Virus record (IMG/VR): IMGVR_UViG_3300045988_117710
DNA length: 64,000 bases
Strand: one strand, 5' to 3'
Source: a virus
Shown: positions 8,828 through 17,456 of the stretch, one piece after another
How the letters are laid out: the number at the start of each line of letters is the position of its first letter
Position numbering within the stretch: the stretch's first letter is position 1
Position numbers and translations under genes: made by a program
The notes under the pieces: model-generated
The model's input: the letters and a program-made list of their open reading frames with translations, nothing else
Databases searched by the model: none
Told to the model about the DNA's origin: nothing

Positions 8828-9809
8828 TTTCAAAGCAAGAACAAGTTGTCCTTCCAATAATAAGCATTTCATTCGTCAAGCAACTGGTGGATGGAATTCA
8901 TGTATCCAAGGAAATCCAACTAAGTCAGATGCTAATGTTCTAGCTAACTGTGTTGGGTATGCAAATGGTAGATTTAATGAAATCTATGCAGGAATTAAGA
9001 ATACAACAGGTAATAGATACAATACTCTTAATTGTAATGCTGAGAATTTCATTGAAAGAGCAATCTCTGCTGGATTGCAAATAGTTTCATATCCTGTACC
9101 TGGTGGTATCATGGTATGGCAAAAGGGTAATACTCTATCTGGTAGTGATGGTGCTGGTCACGTTGCTATCTGTGAATATTATGTTGAAGTAGATTCTAAA
9201 GGATATCCTACTAAGGTATATACTTCTGAATCTGGATATGGTTCTAGTTATTTCTGGAATTCATATCGTTCTAATTCTAATGGAAGATGGGGATTAGGTT
9301 CTGGTTATAAATGGAGAGGTTGTATTGTTAACCCTGCAGTTGGTTTACCAGAATTGAAACCAGATACACCAACTCCTACACCAAGTGGTAATTTTAAATT
9401 CAATATTGGTGATAAAGTAGTTATTAATGGTCCATTATATGTTAGTTCTGTAGCTGGAAGTCCTTCTGGTTCAGTATCTAATAAAGTTACTACTATAACT
9501 AGAAGAGTAAATGCTGCTCATCCATATAATACTACTGGAGATTTAGGTTGGATGGATGAATCTTCTATTAAGAAGTATGAAGAACCAAAACCAACTCCTG
9601 TTACTTATAATGTAGGTGATACTGTAACTGTTACTGGTGTTGGTAAGTCTACATCTTATGGAGAAGGTGCAAGTACTAAGAAGTTCACTAATTGTAAAGC
9701 AAAGATTATTTATATTAGAGAAGGTCGTGCTTATCCTTATGCATTAAATTGTAATAACAATATGAATGGTGTAACTGGATGGTTTAAAGCTTCTGATATA
9801 AGAAAGTAG
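8820..9809 (+). CDS. Peptidoglycan hydrolase: CHAP/NlpC-P60-type cysteine peptidase plus two SH3b-like wall-binding repeats (endolysin candidate)
   Basis: NCVGYANGRF (catalytic Cys context) and GHVAICEY (His); two about 65-aa C-terminal repeats starting GDKVVINGP and GDTVTVTGV. GAAGGAGA RBS before ATG 8820. Confidence 0.7.
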   Translation: MPNFKARTSCPSNNKHFIRQATGGWNSCIQGNPTKSDANVLANCVGYANGRFNEIYAGIKNTTGNRYNTLNCNAENFIERAISAGLQIVSYPVPGGIMVWQKGNTLSGSDGAGHVAICEYYVEVDSKGYPTKVYTSESGYGSSYFWNSYRSNSNGRWGLGSGYKWRGCIVNPAVGLPELKPDTPTPTPSGNFKFNIGDKVVINGPLYVSSVAGSPSGSVSNKVTTITRRVNAAHPYNTTGDLGWMDESSIKKYEEPKPTPVTYNVGDTVTVTGVGKSTSYGEGASTKKFTNCKAKIIYIREGRAYPYALNCNNNMNGVTGWFKASDIRK

Positions 9810-9830
9810 TCAATTGTTTCGTATATTAAA

Positions 9831-9859
9831 ATAGTGATAAGTAATTATCACTATTTTTA
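9831..9859 (+). terminator. Intrinsic terminator (atagtgataa-gtaa-ttatcactat plus TTTTT)
   Basis: Perfect 10-bp stem; here it follows the TTTCGTATATT motif. Confidence 0.65.
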
Positions 9860-9872
9860 ACAAGGAGATTCT

Positions 9873-10010
9873 ATGGAAGAAACTGTTATCGATTCAGTTA
9901 TCAGTCTTTCAGAGGAAGAGTTTGCAGTTTGTTTGGGGAACGCAGATTCTTATACTGAAGAGGTAACTGAGACAGAAGTTATAGAAGGAACTGAAGAAAA
10001 CAATGATTAA
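9873..10010 (+). CDS. Small acidic hypothetical protein (45 aa)
   Basis: AAGGAGA RBS 7 nt upstream; read by eye. Confidence 0.35.
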   Translation: MEETVIDSVISLSEEEFAVCLGNADSYTEEVTETEVIEGTEENND

Positions 10011-10195
10011 TAAAGAGGGTGGAGGTCAGATCGTTTTCTGATTTTCTATCCTCTTATTTTATTATAAGTTGATTTTCAGTATTTCCTATCGTATAACAAG
10101 TTTAGTAAGGAGGATATTGTTGGTTTAATAAATCAACAGTGAATTGTTATGAAAGATATAAGGAATTTTTCAGAGATGTTCGAGGAGAAAATTTA

Positions 10196-10733
10196 TATGT
10201 TACAAGAGAACTCACAGAAGAGGAGGGCCATTAAGCTTGAGAAGAAGATAGCGAAGTGGAAACCTGAAGTGGTTGCCAATATTCGTGAGGAGCTTGAGAA
10301 CAAGATTCGCAAAGAATATATTGATGAAATTGAGAAGTTATCTGATGACTTGTATGAAGCAAGACGTGATAGTAGAACTAATGCTAATAATTCTATTCAT
10401 TATAAGGCAAAGTTCGAAGAGTATAAAGAGAGATATTTAGAGGTTCTAGATAGGTTAGAGAAGAAATCTGAAAACTTAGGTGAGGTTAAGACTGAGCTTA
10501 AGGAAGTTAAGAGTGATCTTGATGAAGCTCTAGGTGTTGAAGAAGTTAATTTAGAAGAGAGTAAGGAATTCCAAAAGGAACTTAAAGCATTAACTACTAG
10601 ATGTAATAAGCCAGATGCGAAGAAGTCTGATTTAATATCTACATTTAGTGTTAAGTGGTCTGTTTCTTTAAAGGAAGTTGTTGCTGATGATGGTAGTATA
10701 TCATTTACATGGAAATCTATTAAAGTAGATTAA
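10196..10733 (+). CDS. K/E-rich coiled-coil hypothetical protein (alternative start 10149)
   Basis: GAGGAGAAA RBS before ATG 10196; no RBS before 10149. Confidence 0.45.
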
Positions 10734-10859
10734 ACTGTCAAGTGTGTAAAATATTTTGTTCAAGTAGTTGCATTTTATTTTCGTTTATTGTATACTAGTA
10801 TTGTAAGGTAGAGAGGGGTATAACCTTATGATATTAAATACAAAGGAGATGGTTAGTGT

Positions 10860-11543
10860 ATGAAGAAGATTTCTAGAGTAGGTGGTACTCGTAGGAAGAG
10901 AAAGTTGAGATTAAGACCTTGGGTTAAGAAGTGTCTTAAAGGGTTGTTGGTTATTGTTTTAGGAGTTTTCCTTATTGGAGCTTTTACAAACAATGATTCT
11001 AGTGATAAGAACTTGGATGGTGTTATTGCAGATGTAGCAGTTGTTCAAGCTTATGAAAATGTTGGGGAACCGAATATTGTTCCTGTAGTTGAAGAGGTTG
11101 AGGAACCTGTTAAGGAAGAAAGAGTTAATTATATGTGTTCTGATTCTTCAGTTAAGACTTATATGGATTATAGAGCAATTACTGATAAGAGTTCTAATCA
11201 ATATAAGTATATTCAAGCTCATATGACTGTTGGTGCTGATGGTTTCTTATATGATGAGGATGGTTCTATTGGTGTAGCATTAGGTTCACATTTTGGTCCT
11301 ATTGGTTCTAAATGGGAGATTGTGTTAGATACTGGTATTACATTTAAAGCTGTTAAAATCGATGAGAAAGCTGATAGACATGTGTATAATGGTTGTCAAC
11401 ATAAGCAAGATGGTTCAGTTATTGAATTTGTTATAGATTCTCGTAAGTTTGAGAAAGCTTCTAATGGTTATGTATGGCAAGGTAATTTTAATAACAATCC
11501 TGATTTCAAAGGTAAGATATCTGCAATGTATAAAGTTGATTAA
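10860..11543 (+). CDS. Membrane-anchored 3D-domain-like protein (MltA/YuiC-type lytic transglycosylase fold), possible SAR-type lysin
   Basis: N-terminal basic stretch then a Gly/Ala/Leu-rich TM (GLLVIVLGVFLIGAF). The C-terminal IGVALGSHFGPIGSKWEIVLDTGITFKAVKIDEKAD...IEFVIDS matches the 3D-domain pattern from memory. Confidence 0.4.
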   Translation: MKKISRVGGTRRKRKLRLRPWVKKCLKGLLVIVLGVFLIGAFTNNDSSDKNLDGVIADVAVVQAYENVGEPNIVPVVEEVEEPVKEERVNYMCSDSSVKTYMDYRAITDKSSNQYKYIQAHMTVGADGFLYDEDGSIGVALGSHFGPIGSKWEIVLDTGITFKAVKIDEKADRHVYNGCQHKQDGSVIEFVIDSRKFEKASNGYVWQGNFNNNPDFKGKISAMYKVD

Positions 11544-11550
11544 TAATGTA

Positions 11551-11583
11551 AAAGATGATATGAATTTCGTATCATCTTTTTTC
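11551..11583 (+). terminator. Intrinsic terminator (aagatgata...tatcatctt plus T-run) fused to the promoter motif
   Basis: 9-bp stem, 10-nt loop, then TTTTTT. Confidence 0.6.
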
Positions 11584-11590
11584 GTATAAC
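11582..11590 (+). promoter_or_regulatory. TCGTATAAc promoter motif
   Basis: Recurring motif. Confidence 0.45.
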
Positions 11591-11616
11591 AATAATATAG
11601 ATTAAGGAGTTTAATT

Positions 11617-12507
11617 ATGATGAATGAGCAAATTGCTGACATTATGGATGATGCTCAAGCAAATCCTGAAAAATACACAGAAGTTGTTGGTGATGTTAAT
11701 GCTGCACCAATTACTAAAGAAGAACTTCTAGCAAGAGTTAAGCAACAAAGTGAGAAGAAGATTCCAGATGGAGTTGCAACTCAAGAAGTTCAAGTACCTA
11801 GTCAAGGTTATTTTGGTGGTCCTGCTTCAGTGAAGATTAGAAGAATGACTACTAAGGAAGAGAAGATTATGTTTACTGCAACTGATGCTTCTTATTTAGC
11901 AGATATTGTTAAGAGTTGTATTGTATCGCATGATATTGATTTTCATACTTTACATGAAAATGATTTATTATATTTATTATTCGCAATAAGAAACTTTACT
12001 TTTGGTAATACTTATACTCAAGTTCATACTTGTCCTTATTGTGGATTTAAGAATAATCTTACAATAGATATTACAGCTTTACCTGTTAATTATTTAGATC
12101 ATAATAATGTTGATACTTTAAGAAAGGTTTTATTACCTGATTCTAAAGATGTTCTTGAGTTAAATATTTTAACTGAAGGTGATGTTAGAGATTTAAATGT
12201 TGATATTGATAGAGCTATTCTATCTGGTAAGATTACAGATACTGCTGAGTTTACTTTTGATACTAGACTTAGTAGAACTATTGGGGATTTGAATGGTATT
12301 CCTTTTGAGTCACCTGATAAGAAGAAAGCTTATTTAGATAATTTATCTTTAAGAGATTATAATAAGTTATCTAATGCGGCAGATAAGATTAGAAATTCAT
12401 TTGGTATGATTCGTAATACTGAATTTATTTGTAAGAGTTGTAAGAGAACTATGGAGGTAGAAGCTCTAATCGCTCCTGAATTTTTTCGTCCTAGTGATGA
12501 AGCATAG
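11617..12507 (+). CDS. Hypothetical protein with two distant CxxC pairs
   Basis: AAGGAG RBS; CPYCG ... CKSCK. Confidence 0.5.
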   Translation: MMNEQIADIMDDAQANPEKYTEVVGDVNAAPITKEELLARVKQQSEKKIPDGVATQEVQVPSQGYFGGPASVKIRRMTTKEEKIMFTATDASYLADIVKSCIVSHDIDFHTLHENDLLYLLFAIRNFTFGNTYTQVHTCPYCGFKNNLTIDITALPVNYLDHNNVDTLRKVLLPDSKDVLELNILTEGDVRDLNVDIDRAILSGKITDTAEFTFDTRLSRTIGDLNGIPFESPDKKKAYLDNLSLRDYNKLSNAADKIRNSFGMIRNTEFICKSCKRTMEVEALIAPEFFRPSDEA

Positions 12508-12703
12508 GAGAGAAGAGATTCCTGCAGATATAGAAGAGTCTTATATTAATTCTTCTTTCTCAAGGTATAAGACTATTATTCAAGAACAATATGCTTTAGC
12601 GAAGAATAATATAGATTTCTCTTATTCTGATACTGTTTCTTATAAGGAACGACAATTTTTATTAGAGGTGTTACAAGAGTTCTTGGAATCTACTAGTAAT
12701 TAG
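12494..12703 (+). CDS. Small hypothetical protein
   Basis: Overlaps the previous stop; 69 aa. Confidence 0.35.
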   Translation: MMKHRREEIPADIEESYINSSFSRYKTIIQEQYALAKNNIDFSYSDTVSYKERQFLLEVLQEFLESTSN

Positions 12704-12753
12704 TATATATTATAGTAGTATTTTATGATGAATAGTTTATAGGAGTGTTAAAG

Positions 12754-15700
12754 ATGAACAATAATAACTTTAATACTGAAAACTTTTTTGGTTTACAGAA
12801 TATTGAAGCACTTCTAAGTTCTAATCAAGCCAGAGCACTTGGTAAGAAGTTTGCTAAAGAATTCTCTGATGCACTTGAAACTGCAATTATTCAAGAGGAT
12901 CCCTTTAAGGAAGGTTTGAAGGGTTATTCAGCAGAGCTTAAGAAGCTTGAAGCCGATGTTAAGGAACTTTTTAAGGGTGATAATTTTGATTCTGGTCTTA
13001 AGAAGGCAATTAATGATACTCTTACTAAAGCAGATAAGCAACTAATTTCTTTACAACAAAGATTTTCAGATGTTTATGCTGAGATTCAGAAAGAGAGTCA
13101 GAAGTCTGATAAAGATTTAGACAAGATGGTCAAACTTCTTCAACAGTTATATGGTATTCAAACTGAGTTTAATATAGCTCAAGCCACTACTGTTGATAAT
13201 GTTGGTATTCTGGTTCAAGAGAATGAGCTTCGTATTGAACAATCTAAAGTAATAGCTTCTAATGAAGCTTATCATAGACAGGAAGCAGAACTTTTATTAC
13301 AAAAGAAGAAGTTAATTAATGCTTCTGATGAGCAAGAGATTGCTGCTTTAGAGAAAAAGATTAAGTTGATGGAAACTGAACTTGGTCTTGCGAAGAATAA
13401 GTTAGATGCTCAGAAGGATACAGTTACTAATACTGAAAATGACATTAATAGACGTCGTAGAGATGTTTCTGAAAGAAAGTCTAATATTAATAGTGAGTCT
13501 GATGCTAATAATCAAGTTTTTAATGATGCAAAGGATACTCTTAAAGATTTAGATAAAGAAACTACTTCTGTATTTAAGAAATGGAGTAGTGGTATTGAAG
13601 CCATTGCCAATGAGGTTACTAAGGTTTTTGATTTATGGAATCAGTTATTCAATAATACTGAACAGAGAATAGCAAACTTAAATCAAGAATTTGGTGAACG
13701 TTGGCAAATAAGAAATAATATCTCGAAGAACATTGGTGGTGCAGATTTTAATGAATATCAAACTGGTATTTATAATTCTGCTACTTCTGGTGCTATGAAG
13801 GGTATGTATAATGAACAAGAACTTAAAGAGCATTTAGTTTCTATGTCTGAATATTTATTTGAGACTAAAGAAGCTGCAATTGAGAATTCTCAATTGATTG
13901 CTTATGGTAATAAGTTCTTGGGTATGTCTAGTGAATCTATGAAGTCTATTTATAATTTAGAGAAGATGACTAATGGTGATGGATTCATTAGATCTCAATT
14001 ACAAACTATTACTAAGTTACAAAACTCTGGTTTAGTAACTAGTCAAGCTCAATTAGATAAGTTAACTACTTTAGCTGCAAATACAACTAGAGAACTTTCT
14101 GAATTAGGGTTGAAGGGTGATGCTGCACAAACATTACAAAGTTCTATGACTGAGGTTTCTGCAGTACTTGATTCTAAAGTTTATGAGGGTGCTGGTCAAG
14201 ATTTCCAAAATAAGATTGTAGAAGCATTGAAGGATCCTACTGGAGCTGGTGTTGAGTTGTTTGGTTCTAATATTACTAGAGCTCAACAGATTGTTAACTC
14301 TGGTGCACCTGATGTTGCTTGGCAATTATATGACTTGATTCAAGGTTCACCTTATGCGGCAAAGACTAGAGAGTTGTCTGCTAATGGTTATTCTATTTCT
14401 TCAGCAATAGCTGGTCAACAGTTTTCTAATGCTGGTTTCTATAATGCCATTGGTAATAATGCAAGTCAGATTGAACAAGATCGTAAGTTACTTGCTAGTA
14501 TGGGACTTGAAGATTATCTTGCAAAGAGTCAAGAAGGAGATTCTGAACAAGTTGATGATCGTACTAAGTGGTTGAATGAGAAAGCAGTTGATTTAGCAAA
14601 TGGTCAATATGATGTTCTTATTGAACAAGCTATGTCTACTGAAAGAATTGAAACTTATGTAGATGAGATTAATAGAAATGTTAAGATTCTTACTACTGCT
14701 TTAGGAGTTATGGCTGGTATTGAAGCTGGTGGTAAACTTCTAGGTAAGCTTGGTGGTAAAGGTGGAGGTGTTAGTATCTTTGGTGGAGGAGCCAAAGGTG
14801 CTGGAGCTGCTGGTGGAGGTAAACTTGCAGGTTTAACTATTGGTAAAGCTTCTGGTTTAACTGCTGCGGCTGGTGTTGCTAGTATTGCTGCTGGTGCTCT
14901 ATGGGCTGGATATGATGGTATTACTGGTGGTATTAATGGTATTACTGATGAAGATGGTAATTACATCATGGATAAGGGTGTTAAGACAGGTTTTGTTACT
15001 GCATTTGGTGGTAAAGACATTAACACAGAGTCTTATCAAGGTAAGTTGACTAAGAGTGCTAAGAAGGAAAATACTTGGGATTCAGTTGGTTCTGGTGCTG
15101 CTAAGGGTGCTTTAATTGGTGCTGGTATTGGTACATTCTTTGGTCCTGGTATTGGTACTGCAATTGGTGCTGGTATTGGTGGTCTTGTTGGTGGTCTTGC
15201 TGGTTTATGGTCAGGAAGTCAGAAGAACAAGGAAGCTGAAGAGTATGCGAAGAAGCAATACGAAGAGCAAAAGAGATTAACTGAAATCAATCAAGAGATG
15301 TTAGATATTGCTAAACGTGGTAACGCTGCATTGGCTTATCGTTATGCAATTGATACTTCTGTTATGGGTTCTGCTGGTGGAGCTCCTGCTATGGGTGGTG
15401 AATCTATGGCAATGGGTTCTAGTAGAAGTGATGTACTTGATACTGGTCTATTAACTGGTCCTTGGGGATGTTCTCGTGGATTTGAATGGAGTACTAAATA
15501 TGTAGATGGTAAGCCAACAAATCAAAAGTCATTCCATAATGGTATTGACTTAACTGCTCCTGGTGGAACTCCTATTGGAGCACCTGTTAGTGGAGAGATT
15601 ACTCATGTTGGAACTCTTGAAGGTGATGCAGGTAATAATATTACATTGAAGGGTGATAATGGTTTAGTATATAGATTCTTACATTTATCTGAACCTTCTA

Positions 15701-16137
15701 AATTATCAGCTGGTGATAGAGTTAATGCTGGTTCACTTGTTGGGTTCGTTGGTACAACTGGTAACTCATCTGGTAACCATTTACACTTAGGTGTTAAGAG
15801 TGGTAAAGATTGGGTAGATCCAATTGGATATATTAATTCTTATCTATTTGGTGCTAAAGATACTTATGATTCTGTTTCTAGTTCAACTTCTGATATCTAT
15901 GATACTTCTAAATTGAATTCTGCTGCAACTATGAGAACTGCTGCAAGAACTCACTTTGTAGCGGCAGGTGGAGATAATAGTAGTGTTAGTGGACAACAGA
16001 TAGTTGATATTAGTCCTGTTGTTGCTGGATTAGAAACAGTTAATAATACAATCAAAGAATTAGGTGAAAGACAAGATGCTCAACAAAGAATTCTTGATGC
16101 TCTTACAGTAAGACCTATTCCTAGTTTAGGTATATAG
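12754..16137 (+). CDS. Tail tape measure protein with a C-terminal M23 (LytM-type) peptidase domain
   Basis: About 450 aa of coiled coil, a Gly/Ala-rich hydrophobic mid-region, and a C-terminal HNGIDLTA (HxxxD) ... GNHLHLGV (HxH). It sits directly upstream of the baseplate genes. Confidence 0.65.
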   Translation: MNNNNFNTENFFGLQNIEALLSSNQARALGKKFAKEFSDALETAIIQEDPFKEGLKGYSAELKKLEADVKELFKGDNFDSGLKKAINDTLTKADKQLISLQQRFSDVYAEIQKESQKSDKDLDKMVKLLQQLYGIQTEFNIAQATTVDNVGILVQENELRIEQSKVIASNEAYHRQEAELLLQKKKLINASDEQEIAALEKKIKLMETELGLAKNKLDAQKDTVTNTENDINRRRRDVSERKSNINSESDANNQVFNDAKDTLKDLDKETTSVFKKWSSGIEAIANEVTKVFDLWNQLFNNTEQRIANLNQEFGERWQIRNNISKNIGGADFNEYQTGIYNSATSGAMKGMYNEQELKEHLVSMSEYLFETKEAAIENSQLIAYGNKFLGMSSESMKSIYNLEKMTNGDGFIRSQLQTITKLQNSGLVTSQAQLDKLTTLAANTTRELSELGLKGDAAQTLQSSMTEVSAVLDSKVYEGAGQDFQNKIVEALKDPTGAGVELFGSNITRAQQIVNSGAPDVAWQLYDLIQGSPYAAKTRELSANGYSISSAIAGQQFSNAGFYNAIGNNASQIEQDRKLLASMGLEDYLAKSQEGDSEQVDDRTKWLNEKAVDLANGQYDVLIEQAMSTERIETYVDEINRNVKILTTALGVMAGIEAGGKLLGKLGGKGGGVSIFGGGAKGAGAAGGGKLAGLTIGKASGLTAAAGVASIAAGALWAGYDGITGGINGITDEDGNYIMDKGVKTGFVTAFGGKDINTESYQGKLTKSAKKENTWDSVGSGAAKGALIGAGIGTFFGPGIGTAIGAGIGGLVGGLAGLWSGSQKNKEAEEYAKKQYEEQKRLTEINQEMLDIAKRGNAALAYRYAIDTSVMGSAGGAPAMGGESMAMGSSRSDVLDTGLLTGPWGCSRGFEWSTKYVDGKPTNQKSFHNGIDLTAPGGTPIGAPVSGEITHVGTLEGDAGNNITLKGDNGLVYRFLHLSEPSKLSAGDRVNAGSLVGFVGTTGNSSGNHLHLGVKSGKDWVDPIGYINSYLFGAKDTYDSVSSSTSDIYDTSKLNSAATMRTAARTHFVAAGGDNSSVSGQQIVDISPVVAGLETVNNTIKELGERQDAQQRILDALTVRPIPSLGI

Positions 16138-16146
16138 GAGGAATTT

Positions 16147-16827
16147 ATGGCGATTAAGAGATATTTAATAGCACCAAATCCATATCAAAAGACAGATGCC
16201 TTTGGTAATCCTAGAGGACCTGTCAATGCATTAGTTACTCAAGGAGTAGATAATCGATTTACTCCTGTACCTGCTAATGTACCTAGAAAGTGGTGGCTTT
16301 CTAATGAATCTAGTTCTAATTTACCAGAGTCACCATGTACAACATATTTTAAAGTTATGAGTGGTAAATTTAAGGGAGTTAAGGTTGGTTTAGCAAGTAC
16401 TCCAGATGGTTTTACTAATAATACTGAACAGAGTACTTCTTCTGAATCACCTATTGGTTCTTTACAACCAGTAGTAACTTTTAATGCAACTGGTGCCAGA
16501 ACTTTATCATTTCAGTTTTCAGTGTTTGGTGATTTATTACCACCTTATCCTGATGGTTCTGGTATTCTAGATTATAATGTTGTTACTTATTGTAAGTTTT
16601 TACAGCAGATAGCATTACCTACACAGTCTGGTAATGGTAAAGATGTAGCTTATAATATAGAACCTCCTATTGTTTATTTCTGCTATGGTGGTTTACATAT
16701 TAAGGGAATTTTTAAGTGTGATACTTCATTTGGTTCAACTGTCACTAACGGAGTTATTGACAGAGCAACAGTTTCTATTTCAATTATAGAAACAGAGAAA
16801 ATTCTCAATGGAGAAGTTATTTTATAG
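16147..16827 (+). CDS. Hypothetical tail/baseplate-associated protein
   Basis: Position between the tape measure protein and the hub; AGGAGG RBS. Confidence 0.45.
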   Translation: MAIKRYLIAPNPYQKTDAFGNPRGPVNALVTQGVDNRFTPVPANVPRKWWLSNESSSNLPESPCTTYFKVMSGKFKGVKVGLASTPDGFTNNTEQSTSSESPIGSLQPVVTFNATGARTLSFQFSVFGDLLPPYPDGSGILDYNVVTYCKFLQQIALPTQSGNGKDVAYNIEPPIVYFCYGGLHIKGIFKCDTSFGSTVTNGVIDRATVSISIIETEKILNGEVIL

Positions 16828-16841
16828 GGAGGTATTTTATA

Positions 16842-17453
16842 ATGGAAAATAAAGATGTAAAAGTAAGAATAACAGATTTCGATATTAACTGGCCGAAGAT
16901 TAAATCGGCTTGTATGACAACAATCAGTAAGCAGGCAGGTGATAAGGAACCACCTCAAGAATGGAAACGTAAATTATTGGTATGTCAACATAGTCCAATA
17001 AGAAGAGGTTCTATTTCTTGGAAGTGGGAAGAAATTCCTTATGCAATTTCTACTCATTTTGCCCGTCATCATGAGGGTTGTGAGAAATGGGTTGGAACTT
17101 CAAGAGAAGATAGAACTGGTGTTAATAGAGAAGAGAGAAGTCAGATGGCTCCTGTTCCTATGGAGATGGAAGCCAATATACAAGCATTAATCAATATTTC
17201 TGAAAGAAGATTATGTACTTGTGCTGATCCTACAACTAGAAAATACTGGAAAGCTGTTCTTGAAGCAATTAGAGAATATGATGAAGATATCTATTGGGCT
17301 TGTGTTCCTCAATGTGTTCGTTTAGGTGGTTGTCCTGAATTATTTAGTCCATGTGGTTTCTATGAAAAGTTCATGGAAGGTGCAGAACCTGAAGAACATA
17401 TGTCATTAGTGAAGAGGTACGATAGATATAATAAATTCAGAAATAAGGGGTAA
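16842..17453 (+). CDS. Cys/His-rich hypothetical protein within the tail module
   Basis: Nine Cys, including CTC and CVPQCVRLGGCPELFSPCG, plus HH; GGGAGG RBS. Confidence 0.45.
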   Translation: MENKDVKVRITDFDINWPKIKSACMTTISKQAGDKEPPQEWKRKLLVCQHSPIRRGSISWKWEEIPYAISTHFARHHEGCEKWVGTSREDRTGVNREERSQMAPVPMEMEANIQALINISERRLCTCADPTTRKYWKAVLEAIREYDEDIYWACVPQCVRLGGCPELFSPCGFYEKFMEGAEPEEHMSLVKRYDRYNKFRNKG

Positions 17454-17456
17454 TTT

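Noticed and set aside
12481-12507. Programmed frameshift (chaperone-type G/GT) between 11617-12507 and 12494-12703 upstream of the tape measure protein, suggested by the TTTTTTC run
   Set aside because: The downstream frame has a TAG stop at 12491-12493 immediately before its ATG, so no frameshift fusion window exists. The shift required is +1, not the canonical -1. Treated as two separate overlapping genes.
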